From Candidatus Hodarchaeota archaeon (GTDB taxonomy: Archaea; Asgardarchaeota; Heimdallarchaeia; Hodarchaeales; Hodarchaeaceae), in contig JAHQWW010000008.1 in NCBI GenBank assembly GCA_029856365.1, positions 9,579-73,578 of the forward strand: a stretch of DNA of 64,000 nucleotides. Reading direction: 5' to 3'. Position numbers and translations under genes: made by a program. The notes under the pieces were generated by a model, which was not told the DNA's origin, did not search any database, and saw only the letters and a program-made list of their open reading frames with translations. Below, one piece after another: positions 20,828-30,415 of this stretch (position 1 is the stretch's first letter; each line of letters begins with the position of its first letter).

Positions 20828-21148
20828 ATGTCTCTCTTTCCGTCACCTGAAATAAATGAATTCTTCGACAATCGACTAATAATTTCGATGATTATCATGC
20901 AACCTCAGCATCTTCCTTCTCTGAAAAAAATCTTGATCCAAATTTCAAGTAGCCCACCACTAATTTTTGATCCTCTTCAGGATCCCCAGCTGGAAATTAA
21001 TGAGTTGAATAATAATGAATTCATCGTTAATTGGGTAATCCAAAGGCCATTAGTAAGAACTGAAGTCACTCTTTCTATCCAGAGCGAGATAATTTCCGAG
21101 GAACACAGTCTTATAATTAATCCAGAGACTTACATTCAAACAGAATGA
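20828..21148 (+). CDS. Hypothetical protein
   Basis: ATG 4 nt after the previous stop; no recognised motif. Confidence 0.55.
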   Translation: MSLFPSPEINEFFDNRLIISMIIMQPQHLPSLKKILIQISSSPPLIFDPLQDPQLEINELNNNEFIVNWVIQRPLVRTEVTLSIQSEIISEEHSLIINPETYIQTE

Positions 21149-21252
21149 ATACAGAGGAAACTTTTGGCAAAGTATTAAAAAATCAAACAATGAACCTCAG
21201 ATTAAGAGTGATTGGCCATCTACGTCCTCTAGAAAGAATATCATAAAGGATA

Positions 21253-21477
21253 TTGAACAATATGGGAAAGGTTCGAACCTCTGCAGTTAAAATCATCTCC
21301 CGTCAAATTATTAAAGAATATGGAGAACACTTATCACCTGATTCCTTTGAACACAACAAAGATATTGTTTCTAAAGTTGCGGTTGTTCACTCGAAACGGT
21401 TTAGAAATAAGATAGCCGGGTATGTAACCCATCAGATGAAGCTACAGAAGCTAAGAGAAGAGTCATACGAAGATTGA
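21253..21477 (+). CDS. rps17e: 30S ribosomal protein S17e (probable start ATG 21262)
   Basis: MGKVRT..VK...FEHNK...SKRFRNKIAGYVT. Confidence 0.95.
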   Translation: MNNMGKVRTSAVKIISRQIIKEYGEHLSPDSFEHNKDIVSKVAVVHSKRFRNKIAGYVTHQMKLQKLREESYED

Positions 21478-21586
21478 ATAACCTCTTTTTGATAGATTTT
21501 TTTCTAAGTGAATAATATAAGTTCTAGCTAGTGATTGGATAAAGTCTTAAAGAAATGTAAAATGCTTACTTCGGATTTGGAATATT

Positions 21587-22315
21587 ATGGCTACTATCAA
21601 ATCCGGTATTCCTGGATTAGATACTCTTTTTGAACCTAATGAATTCCCAAAAGGACGTCAAATTCTTGTTACTGGCCCTCCTGGTTCTGGAAAGACCGTT
21701 TTTGGACTTCAGTTCCTATTGAATGGAGCTTTACATTACGGAGAACCTGGAATCTTTATAAGTTTTGACGATTTACCTCGTCACATTCGTGCTGATATGT
21801 TTTCATTTGGATGGAATATCCAGCAACTCGAAGAGTTCAATCCACCTTTAATCACTTTAGTTGATGGTTTTTCAGCACGAGTTGGATTAACTACTGATGA
21901 AAAATACACAATTCGCGCCAATGTTGATAGTTTACTTCTAGTTTTAACAGAAATATTAGAGGATACTGGTGCCACTCGGGTTTGTATCGACTCTTTATCT
22001 ACACTTTCAACTATTATTAAAGACCCCGCACAAGTCCGAAAAGAAATTCTGACTATGGGAGCTATTTTAGGAGAGCAAGGGTGTACCACATTATTGACCG
22101 CTGAAACCTTAGCAATGGGGGTCGAAGAATATTCCTCCCAAGGACTTATCCGACTGAGTTACGATGAACTTTCAACTGGAGAATTTCGTCGGGCTATTCT
22201 CGTCCAAAAGATGCGTGGATTTGCCCATGAGTTCTCTTGGAAGGAATTTCGTATTACAGCTGATGGAATTAAGATTTTTCCCGATAGGACTATAGGACGT
22301 GGGCAATTCAAATGA
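21587..22315 (+). CDS. Single-domain KaiC/RAD55-like RecA-superfamily ATPase
   Basis: SGIPGLD, GPPGSGKT, CIDSLS, VQKMRG. Confidence 0.9.
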   Translation: MATIKSGIPGLDTLFEPNEFPKGRQILVTGPPGSGKTVFGLQFLLNGALHYGEPGIFISFDDLPRHIRADMFSFGWNIQQLEEFNPPLITLVDGFSARVGLTTDEKYTIRANVDSLLLVLTEILEDTGATRVCIDSLSTLSTIIKDPAQVRKEILTMGAILGEQGCTTLLTAETLAMGVEEYSSQGLIRLSYDELSTGEFRRAILVQKMRGFAHEFSWKEFRITADGIKIFPDRTIGRGQFK

Positions 22316-22488
22316 CGACTGATCTTCCCCCAGGGGTATTAGTTCAAATTAAACATATTAAGGAACGCTGTGGGCATTGTAACCAACCATTCACGATGGA
22401 AACTTATCTCGAACCCCTAACAGAACAACGCTCCTATCGCATCTTATGTAAAACCTGCAATTACACTGTTCCATTAGTTGATGACTAA
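22312..22488 (+). CDS. 58-aa zinc-ribbon microprotein (absent from the ORF track)
   Basis: MTTDLPPG...RCGHC...LCKTC..VDD*; ATGA overlap with upstream stop and TAATG overlap with downstream start. Confidence 0.75.
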   Translation: MTTDLPPGVLVQIKHIKERCGHCNQPFTMETYLEPLTEQRSYRILCKTCNYTVPLVDD

Positions 22489-23102
22489 TGAATGGAATTT
22501 TATTTGAAAAAATGCGATTTACATGTCAACAAAGTGGTCATTGCTGTTGTGATCCAAACATCATCGTTACATTAACTTATCGTGACCTTTTACGACTTTT
22601 CACTACTCTGTACTGTGATTTCAGGTTATTACTCCAAAAAATTTCTTTTTATACTTTAGATTCAACGACTTCCCCCATTCTTGAAAAACAAATGGTATTA
22701 GAAACCATCCTAACAAGTGATGGAAAAGTAATTCCTGGTTTAAAAAAACATTCCAAAAAGATATGTGTATTTTATTCCCGTCCAAGTTGTTCAATCTACT
22801 CATCCAGACCACTGGCTTGTAGAAACTATCCACTAGCCTTTGTGAAAGAGAAAGAACTTATTATGTCCACCTGGGTGAAAAATTCACCAAAGACATGCCC
22901 AGGTATAGGGAAAGGTTCTCCTCTGTCTCAAAAGAATATTGAACAGAGAGGAAAACGATTTTTCAAGGAGATTGAAAAACACAATCAAGTAGTGAGGGAA
23001 TTGAATGTAGAAGCATCAAATAATCGCCCTTTAACAGCTAGAGAAGCTCTATGGACTTTAATAATATATGGAGAGAGTGAATATCAACAAAGACAGAAAT
23101 AA
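22488..23102 (+). CDS. YkgJ-family Cys-cluster (putative Zn/Fe-S) protein
   Basis: FTCQQSGHCCC, CVFY...CSIYSSRPLACRNYP, CPGIGKG. Confidence 0.85.
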   Translation: MNGILFEKMRFTCQQSGHCCCDPNIIVTLTYRDLLRLFTTLYCDFRLLLQKISFYTLDSTTSPILEKQMVLETILTSDGKVIPGLKKHSKKICVFYSRPSCSIYSSRPLACRNYPLAFVKEKELIMSTWVKNSPKTCPGIGKGSPLSQKNIEQRGKRFFKEIEKHNQVVRELNVEASNNRPLTAREALWTLIIYGESEYQQRQK

Positions 23103-23294
23103 GCTATTATCCTGTTGTTATTCTTTGTCAATTCTTAATGAAATTATTTTTTGTCTGTTTGCTTAGTGCATAAAAGATATTGCTCTACATCAAGTAACAT
23201 GAGATAAAATTAATAATCTGGTTTAATAGAAAACTTTAGTGATGTCAAAACAACTGGTTAACTCCATATCTGCTATAATGAGTTGAAATAATAA

Positions 23295-24941
23295 ATGAAA
23301 ACTTTAGACAAGGTTACAAGATGGGGAATAGGATCTAAACCAGTCCATGTTAGATTTACTAATGCACTCAAAGAATTCATTTTTGACATGTTAGGGATGG
23401 ATTTACAAACAAAAAAGAAAATATATCCACAAAAACGTTCTTTAGATGAGTATTTCACCGAACCTCAACTTCCTGAAAAATTTATCATGAAATTGACACA
23501 AGAGCTTACTTCAGATCAAATTTCTAGTGATTTTCAAGACAGAGTCAAGAATTCAATTGGAAAATCATATCTAGAAATAATTCAAGCACGAATAGCTGAT
23601 ATTCCCTCTCTAGTTGAATTAGTAGTCTATCCCCGGACACATAATGAAGTTATCAAAGTTGTAAAAATCGCCAATGAATATAAAATCCCTATATCTCCTG
23701 TTGGAGGAGGAACTTCGATGACATTGGGAATACAAGCTCCCTCAGGTTCAATTGCTGTAAATCTATGTCAAATGAATCAAGTATTATTGATTAATAAAGA
23801 TTCTCTATATATTACAACTCAAGTTGGTATATTAGGTCCAGAACTCGAAAGAATTTTAAATCACGAGAATCTAACTCTCGGTCACTTTCCTCAATCCTTC
23901 GTATATAGCTCTGTGGGAGGATGGGTTGTTACACGAGGAGCAGGTCAGAATTCAACCCTTTATGGAAAGATCGAAGACATGATTATGGGATTTAAATTTG
24001 TAACAGGTATGGGAGAAACCTTAACCACTCGTAAAGCTCCTGCAAGAGCTACTGGTCCCGATTTAAATCAGATTATTGCTGGATCTGAAGGCGCTTTCGG
24101 TATACTTACTGAGATTACATTAAGAGTCTCAAAGTTACCTCAAAAAAGAAAAATGGCAAGTTTTTTCTTTCATAATTTTAAGGAAGGAATAACAGCTTTT
24201 AAGAATTTACTTCAGGATGGATTCACTCCTGCTATTATACGTCTGTATAATACTGAAGAGACTTTCTCTAGCTTACGTAGTTCAGCATTAATGAAAGACC
24301 CTCCTAAGGAGTCATTTCTCATTCGTACAGCATTAAAGTATGTCGAATTAAGAGGTTATTCTGAAAAAGCTCGATGTTTGGCTGTTGTGGTTTTTGAAGG
24401 GAATTCTGATTTAGTAAAAGTAACTCGAAAAAAGACAATAGCTTATGCAAAGCAGGCTGGGGGAATTTCTCTTGGCTCAATTCCCACAAAATCATGGATA
24501 AAGTCTCGTTATGAATCTCCTTTTCTTCGTGATCCTATTATTGATCATGGAATACTTATAGAAACATTTGAAACAAGCACAACTTGGGAGAATATTGTAC
24601 CTTTGTACAACGCTGTACAAAAGGTTCTTAAACCCGAGTGTCCCGTTCTCTGGGTACATGCGAGTCATTTTTATAAAAATGGGGCAAATTTATACTTCCA
24701 TCTTTTTGCTCCTCAAGAATTAGGTAATGAAGTTGAACAATTTCTTCGGATTAAAAAGAAAATTATTGATACATTCCTTGAGAATGGAGGAACAGTAAGT
24801 CATCATCATGGTGTTGGTAGAACTTTCTCTCAATGGCTTTCTCAAGAAATCGGAGTTGAAGGAATTAGAATATTGCAAGATATCAAGAAGAGTCTTGATC
24901 CAAATGGAATAATGAACCCTGGAGTCTTCGGGTTACAATAA
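23295..24941 (+). CDS. FAD-linked oxidoreductase, alkyl-DHAP synthase (AGPS)-like
   Basis: PVGGGTS, TLGHFPQSF, GGWVVTRGAGQNSTLYGKIED, GSEGAFG, SHHHGVG, LDPNGIMNPG. Confidence 0.8.
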   Translation: MKTLDKVTRWGIGSKPVHVRFTNALKEFIFDMLGMDLQTKKKIYPQKRSLDEYFTEPQLPEKFIMKLTQELTSDQISSDFQDRVKNSIGKSYLEIIQARIADIPSLVELVVYPRTHNEVIKVVKIANEYKIPISPVGGGTSMTLGIQAPSGSIAVNLCQMNQVLLINKDSLYITTQVGILGPELERILNHENLTLGHFPQSFVYSSVGGWVVTRGAGQNSTLYGKIEDMIMGFKFVTGMGETLTTRKAPARATGPDLNQIIAGSEGAFGILTEITLRVSKLPQKRKMASFFFHNFKEGITAFKNLLQDGFTPAIIRLYNTEETFSSLRSSALMKDPPKESFLIRTALKYVELRGYSEKARCLAVVVFEGNSDLVKVTRKKTIAYAKQAGGISLGSIPTKSWIKSRYESPFLRDPIIDHGILIETFETSTTWENIVPLYNAVQKVLKPECPVLWVHASHFYKNGANLYFHLFAPQELGNEVEQFLRIKKKIIDTFLENGGTVSHHHGVGRTFSQWLSQEIGVEGIRILQDIKKSLDPNGIMNPGVFGLQ

Positions 24942-24950
24942 TTCCCCTCC

Positions 24951-26597
24951 TCAAGGTTTCCAAACTAAACTTTCTTTATATTTCGCGATTTCATCCCTCT
25001 TTTTATCAGAGGACCATTCAAGAATTTCAGCCATACGATTTACAATACTTTCAACACAATCTAAGCCCTGTTCATCAGAAAGCTGAAGCTGGGTTCGCCT
25101 GAACATGATATCATTTAATGTCACTGCTTTCTCATGCTTTATATAATAATCAATTTCAGCAAGAATGTATGGGCGATTCTTTGAAATTCTTTCCCGCAAT
25201 AGAGGATTTAATTCCACCTGTTCACATACTTGGGGATAATTTTTTCCATATCTAAGTAAATGCCTAGCTATGTCCTTAGAGAACTGATACCGAATTGTTA
25301 AATCTTCCATCGCAATGGTAGCCCAATTATCCCAATGTTTTCGTTTTATTGAGGCCCAACCATAAAGTGGAATCTTATCTGTCTGACATTTTCCCTTCTT
25401 ACCCAGAAGTTCTACCAATTGATCTACTAGTTCCTTCGCCATCGAACGAAAAGTAGTAAATTTTCCACCTGCAATAGCTAGAATATTTGGTTTTATTATA
25501 AAAATCTCGTGCTTTCGGGAAACATCTGATTCTGATTTCGCGTTAGGTGACATAACTAAGGGACGTACCCCTGAATAGGCACTAATAATGTCCTCTTTCC
25601 GCAAAATACCTGGAAAAAGAAAATTTGTGGCTTCAATCAAATATTCGATATCCTCTGTATTTACAGGAACATAATCATAATCTTCATCATAATCAGTATC
25701 AGTTGTTCCTATTAAATTATATTTTCCAAATGGTAATATGAAAAATATTCGTCCATCCATTATTGGTAGACCTAGAGCAAAGTCTTCATGGCAAAATTGT
25801 TTTGTAATAATGTGTACCCCTTTTGTTGGCCGAACACGAGGAGTTATAGTTGGATCTATGGACTTAACAACTCTTTCAGTCCAATGACCACAAGCAAGAA
25901 CAATAGAACGAGCTTTAATCTCAAATTTATTATTCTTCAATGTGTCTAAAGCTTGTACTTTTTCAATAACCCTCTTATTGTTCTCCTTTTCGAATGAAAT
26001 TGCTTTACAATAATTAAGTACTACTGCTCCGTACTGCTCTGCAGAGAGAATAACATCCAAAGTTAATCTTGCATCATCCATTTGACCATCTCCCCACAGC
26101 GCTACACCTTGAAAATTTTCTTCTCTCAATGGTGAGGGAAGTAGCGATCGTGCTTTCTCAGGAGTTAACATTTTATGAAATGTATGGTTTTTAAAACTTG
26201 CAAAAAAATCATACAACCAAATAGCTATTCTTATTCTCGATTTAGGATATTTTGTGTCAGAATACATTGGAAGTAAAAATTTTATAGGGTAGGTAAGATG
26301 TGGAGCCATTTCTAACAATTTTTTTCTTTCAACTGAACCTTCTCGTACTAATCGAAATTCTCTTTGACCAAGATACCGTATACCCGCATGTACGATCTTT
26401 GATGACCCGCTGCTCGTTCCAAAACCAAAATCATTTTTTTCTATTAAAGCAACCGAGTAACCCCGCAAAACAGCATCACGTGCAATACCTGCTCCCGTTA
26501 TTCCTCCCCCAATTACGAGTATATCAAACTCTTTGGCCTTCAATTTTTCAATTGTCTGTTCTCGATAATTTAGAAGGTCAATTTCTATACTATCCAT
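24951..26597 (-). CDS. glpD: FAD-dependent glycerol-3-phosphate dehydrogenase
   Basis: IGGGITGAG, GTSSGSSKIVHAGIRYL, DDARL, GTTDT, SGVRPL, GGKFTTFR. Confidence 0.9.
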   Translation of the reverse strand: MDSIEIDLLNYREQTIEKLKAKEFDILVIGGGITGAGIARDAVLRGYSVALIEKNDFGFGTSSGSSKIVHAGIRYLGQREFRLVREGSVERKKLLEMAPHLTYPIKFLLPMYSDTKYPKSRIRIAIWLYDFFASFKNHTFHKMLTPEKARSLLPSPLREENFQGVALWGDGQMDDARLTLDVILSAEQYGAVVLNYCKAISFEKENNKRVIEKVQALDTLKNNKFEIKARSIVLACGHWTERVVKSIDPTITPRVRPTKGVHIITKQFCHEDFALGLPIMDGRIFFILPFGKYNLIGTTDTDYDEDYDYVPVNTEDIEYLIEATNFLFPGILRKEDIISAYSGVRPLVMSPNAKSESDVSRKHEIFIIKPNILAIAGGKFTTFRSMAKELVDQLVELLGKKGKCQTDKIPLYGWASIKRKHWDNWATIAMEDLTIRYQFSKDIARHLLRYGKNYPQVCEQVELNPLLRERISKNRPYILAEIDYYIKHEKAVTLNDIMFRRTQLQLSDEQGLDCVESIVNRMAEILEWSSDKKRDEIAKYKESLVWKP

Positions 26598-26615
26598 TTG
26601 AACTACCTTATTAAA

Positions 26616-27359
26616 TCAGATTTGAAAGAATTCCCGGGCATTTAAAGTTGTAACTTCATCAACCTCTTCAAATGTACTCTCTTTTAATGTTGCGATTTCC
26701 TCAATAGCATATCTCACGTTTGCGGGCTCATTCTTTTTACCTGGAATTGGACTAAGAAATGGTGTGTCAGTCTCAACAACAATGTATTCTAAGGGGATAT
26801 TTTGAGCAATTCTACGGTGTATTTTTCGATTTCGTACAGCAGTAGGGATTGAGATGAACCAACAAAGGTCAATTATTTTCTTTGCTTCTTCTAGGTTACC
26901 TGCAAAACAATGCATAAGAACTGGTACATCAGCATTATTTTCCAGAATCTCCAAGCATTCTTTTTCAGCTTTTCGTGAATGAATTACAAGCGGTTTTTGT
27001 CGTTCATTAGCCAATTGAATAAACTTGATAAAGACTTCTTGTTGTTTTTTACGCCAATAAGAATCCTTTATCCAGTGATAATCCAAACCAACTTCCCCAA
27101 TAGCTACCAATGAGGGGTAATCCCGAATTTTTTCATAAGCCTCCAGAAAATCTATTTTTTGTATATAGGATGCTGAAAAACCTAATGTTGTGTACACAAA
27201 GTGAGAGTTTTTCTTTTCGATATATTTAGCAAATTCAATATGTCGTGGTTCAATCGCTGAATTCACTACTGCTTCAAGTCCTGCCAAACGGGCATTTTCT
27301 ATAATTTTCTCGATGTCATTAACAAAATCTGGTAAAATGTGAGCATGAGAATCAATCAT
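26616..27359 (-). CDS. tatD: TatD-family DNase
   Basis: DSHAH, AIGEVGLDY, IHSR, HCF, ETDTPF. Confidence 0.92.
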   Translation of the reverse strand: MIDSHAHILPDFVNDIEKIIENARLAGLEAVVNSAIEPRHIEFAKYIEKKNSHFVYTTLGFSASYIQKIDFLEAYEKIRDYPSLVAIGEVGLDYHWIKDSYWRKKQQEVFIKFIQLANERQKPLVIHSRKAEKECLEILENNADVPVLMHCFAGNLEEAKKIIDLCWFISIPTAVRNRKIHRRIAQNIPLEYIVVETDTPFLSPIPGKKNEPANVRYAIEEIATLKESTFEEVDEVTTLNAREFFQI

Positions 27360-27507
27360 ATGTAGTTACCAACTAAATCAAGATTATAACACATCAATTT
27401 GCAAGTTATTCATTTAATTTTTTTTCCTACTCTGGATTACTTAACAACCTTTTTTTTGGTACTCTAAATGGGTAAGTATTACTTCCTCATCGTGATTTGG
27501 AGTTGTT

Positions 27508-28695
27508 TTGATGAAAATTATTGATTTAGTCCATCAAAATGAAGAATTTCGGAAAGATAATCTGAATATGATTGTATCTGAAAATATACTGAGCCCTCAG
27601 GTGAAACAAGCTTTATCCCTCCAGCACTCCCGATATCATGCTTCCTTTTACGGAGGAACAGAAGTTTTCCAAAAAATATATTCCCAAACCCAAGAATTGG
27701 CCAACAATATTTTCCAATGCAGTCATTCAATAATTTCCCCCTTATCAGGGAATATGGCCGTTTTAGCCGTTATCTTGGCTTTAACAAAACCTGATGATAA
27801 AATTGCTATTTTACCTCTATCATCTGGAGGATATCCGATTAATCTCGAATTTTTTGGTCGGAAAAGAGTAGATATCCCTTTCAGTTTTGAAAAATATAAT
27901 ATTGACTCATCTCCAACACTTAACATACTTTCCCGAGAAAAACCAATACTTGTGTTTTTGGGATCCTCATTATTTCTTTTTCCCCATCCTGTTAAAGCAA
28001 TTGCTGATACTGTACATAATTATGGAGGAACTGTAGCATATGATGGGTCACATGTTTTAGGTCTTATCGCAGGTAAACAGTTTCAGGATCCTCTTGTCGA
28101 AGGAGCTGATTTACTTCTTGGTTCAACGCATAAATCGTTTCCAGGGCCTCAAGGAGGAATCATTCTATCAAATGAGCTTCACATTGAAAAATTAGAGGAA
28201 GTTATTGGTACAAATCCTCTCAGTGGTATTGTGTTAGTTGATAACATTCATAATTCACGTGTCGGTGCATTGGGAGTTGCACTCGAAGAGTTTCTAGAAT
28301 ACGGGAGAGAGTATGCCCACCAAGTAATTAAAAACTCCAAAGTTCTTGCGAATAGTTTAGATGCAAACAACATATCTCTTCAAGGTAAAGAAAAAGGATT
28401 TACACAGTCTCACCAAGTATTAATGAAGATACGAGATTTTGATGAAGGAGCAAAATTAAGAAATCTCTTGATGGATTATCAAATTGTGACAGATGCAGGC
28501 ATGCGTTTTGGAACCGCAGAGCTGACCCGTTTAGGATTTCATGAAAGAGAAATGAAAATTCTTGGTAATATTATCGGAAAAATCATTTACAGTCATCTTC
28601 AAACACAACCGCTTAAACCTTTGGAGATAGATACTATCAAGGAGGAAGTTAAAAAGCTCATTAACCTTATGAAAGAATCAAATCTTCTGGGATAA
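27508..28695 (+). CDS. Serine hydroxymethyltransferase-like PLP enzyme (divergent)
   Basis: LNMIVSEN, YDGSHVLGLIAG, GSTHKSFPGPQGG, GMRFGT. Confidence 0.8.
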   Translation: MMKIIDLVHQNEEFRKDNLNMIVSENILSPQVKQALSLQHSRYHASFYGGTEVFQKIYSQTQELANNIFQCSHSIISPLSGNMAVLAVILALTKPDDKIAILPLSSGGYPINLEFFGRKRVDIPFSFEKYNIDSSPTLNILSREKPILVFLGSSLFLFPHPVKAIADTVHNYGGTVAYDGSHVLGLIAGKQFQDPLVEGADLLLGSTHKSFPGPQGGIILSNELHIEKLEEVIGTNPLSGIVLVDNIHNSRVGALGVALEEFLEYGREYAHQVIKNSKVLANSLDANNISLQGKEKGFTQSHQVLMKIRDFDEGAKLRNLLMDYQIVTDAGMRFGTAELTRLGFHEREMKILGNIIGKIIYSHLQTQPLKPLEIDTIKEEVKKLINLMKESNLLG

Positions 28696-28799
28696 AAACT
28701 CAAAAACTGTATTTCATTGTGGCAACATCAAAGAATAAAATCTTGACACTTCTCCAAACTGAATTTATTAACAGTAAATTCTCATGTGTGGCTATAAAA

Positions 28800-29810
28800 A
28801 TGGAAGAAGCAGAATTTCGTGAACTTATCCAGCAATACGCTATGCAGGTACGCTTAGAGCAGGGGGAGGCAAGCTTAACGTCTGTTTTGAAACTAGTAAT
28901 TACAGAAAATCCACAATTAAAGAATCAAGTTCGTTCATCTGTATCTATTGTGAAAGAAGAAATTGCCAAGATCAATGAGATGGCAGAAGATGACCTGGGA
29001 GATGTTACTGCTGAAATTGAAGCTGATGAATCCTCTGAATACGAGATGCTTGAGAATCTTGTAATACAAAAATTCACAGAAGACGAAAAATTAAAAGCCC
29101 AGATCAAAGCTTTAATCATCTACGGATCTTATGCCAAACGTTTACATGTTGTTGGTGAGAGTGATATTAATTTTGTAGTTATTTTAAGTTCTGATTACTC
29201 CCAAACCGAGACGGAAGAAGCCATTGAAAAGATTGGTCAAATTGCGGAAGAAATCGTCACACCTGAAGTAGCTCATATCTTTGATCTGATGATCTTGAAA
29301 GAAGATGATCTCACTCAACTAGAAAAATTTGGGCCTGATTTCAGTTTTATTCATGCATTATATGCAAAAGAAGGAGACGTCAAACTAGGCACAAACGTGT
29401 TCAATTCTTTAGATATCTCAGAGGAACAAGTTCATGAAGCAGCAAAATTACTAATTAGTGACGCAATTGTACAGTACGATGAAATTATTAATACTGCAAA
29501 AGAAGAGGGATTACCTGATGATGAACTAGAATATCTTGTTAGCGCCTCGATTATTGATATTGCTTTTGCCCTATGTTGTTACAAAGTAGGTTTAAAAGCA
29601 GTAACGATGGACCTTGTCAAACCTGATATCCATGAAGAAATCATTGAGGTTTGGGGGGAAAGAGGATTGTTTTCAGATTATTATGATATGCTGCAACAAG
29701 CTCATGCTTTTAAACTTGGAATAAAGCTTCCAAACTCCCAAGATTTTCTACAAAAAAGCATTGACTTCATTAAAGAAGTGATTAAACACACTGGTCTAAA
29801 GCAAGAATAA
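28800..29810 (+). CDS. Nucleotidyltransferase-domain protein with GluRS-like N-terminal domain and helical C-terminus (ORF track start 28719)
   Basis: IIYGSYAK...SDINFVV Pol-beta NTase motif; N-terminus resembles the archaeal GluRS extension. Confidence 0.65.
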   Translation: MEEAEFRELIQQYAMQVRLEQGEASLTSVLKLVITENPQLKNQVRSSVSIVKEEIAKINEMAEDDLGDVTAEIEADESSEYEMLENLVIQKFTEDEKLKAQIKALIIYGSYAKRLHVVGESDINFVVILSSDYSQTETEEAIEKIGQIAEEIVTPEVAHIFDLMILKEDDLTQLEKFGPDFSFIHALYAKEGDVKLGTNVFNSLDISEEQVHEAAKLLISDAIVQYDEIINTAKEEGLPDDELEYLVSASIIDIAFALCCYKVGLKAVTMDLVKPDIHEEIIEVWGERGLFSDYYDMLQQAHAFKLGIKLPNSQDFLQKSIDFIKEVIKHTGLKQE

Positions 29811-29827
29811 CCCTGAATGTTTATCAG

Positions 29828-30415
29828 CTATAATATAAATTCCTTGAGGTACTTTTCTAAAAAAGAAAATTGTTCTTCATACTGCTGCAGTTGTTGAAGA
29901 GCATGCATTTTAAATCCTTGGAATTGGTTCTTATCAAGCCACCGTTTTTTTCTATATTCGTTTGCTTGGTGAATCAGATCAATAAAATCTGATACTCTTG
30001 CTATATGATACTCTTCACTCTGCTGATCATTTAATATCCTTTCAAATGATTCTTTTAATGGGAGGGGAACCTTACCTAAGATGTTGTGAATCGCTCCCTC
30101 CTGCACTTTCTGCTGAAATTGTGCCAAGTGTTCTTTGTTGTATACAACATTATTAAAGCTTTTATCCATATCAAGACACTCTGATTCTGAAAGATCATGA
30201 ACTAAGCCGATTAGTACGGCTTTCTCAATATCTAACGGATGTTTTCTTTTTGCCACACGAAAGGAATTCTCCAGAACACACAGGATGTAAGTGAGAAATG
30301 CAACAGACCACGAATGATCTGCAAGGGATTCAATTGAACTAAAAGGTACACCAGCCCTTACCCACCCCTGTCTCCGTAATCTTTTCATCAAAATTATGTT
30401 TTCATATAGTTTCAA
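29828..30415 (-). CDS. HD-domain phosphohydrolase (YfbR/HDDC2-like)
   Basis: KRLRRQGW, ESLADHSW, VHDLSE, D..D. Confidence 0.88.
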   Translation of the reverse strand: MKLYENIILMKRLRRQGWVRAGVPFSSIESLADHSWSVAFLTYILCVLENSFRVAKRKHPLDIEKAVLIGLVHDLSESECLDMDKSFNNVVYNKEHLAQFQQKVQEGAIHNILGKVPLPLKESFERILNDQQSEEYHIARVSDFIDLIHQANEYRKKRWLDKNQFQGFKMHALQQLQQYEEQFSFLEKYLKEFIL

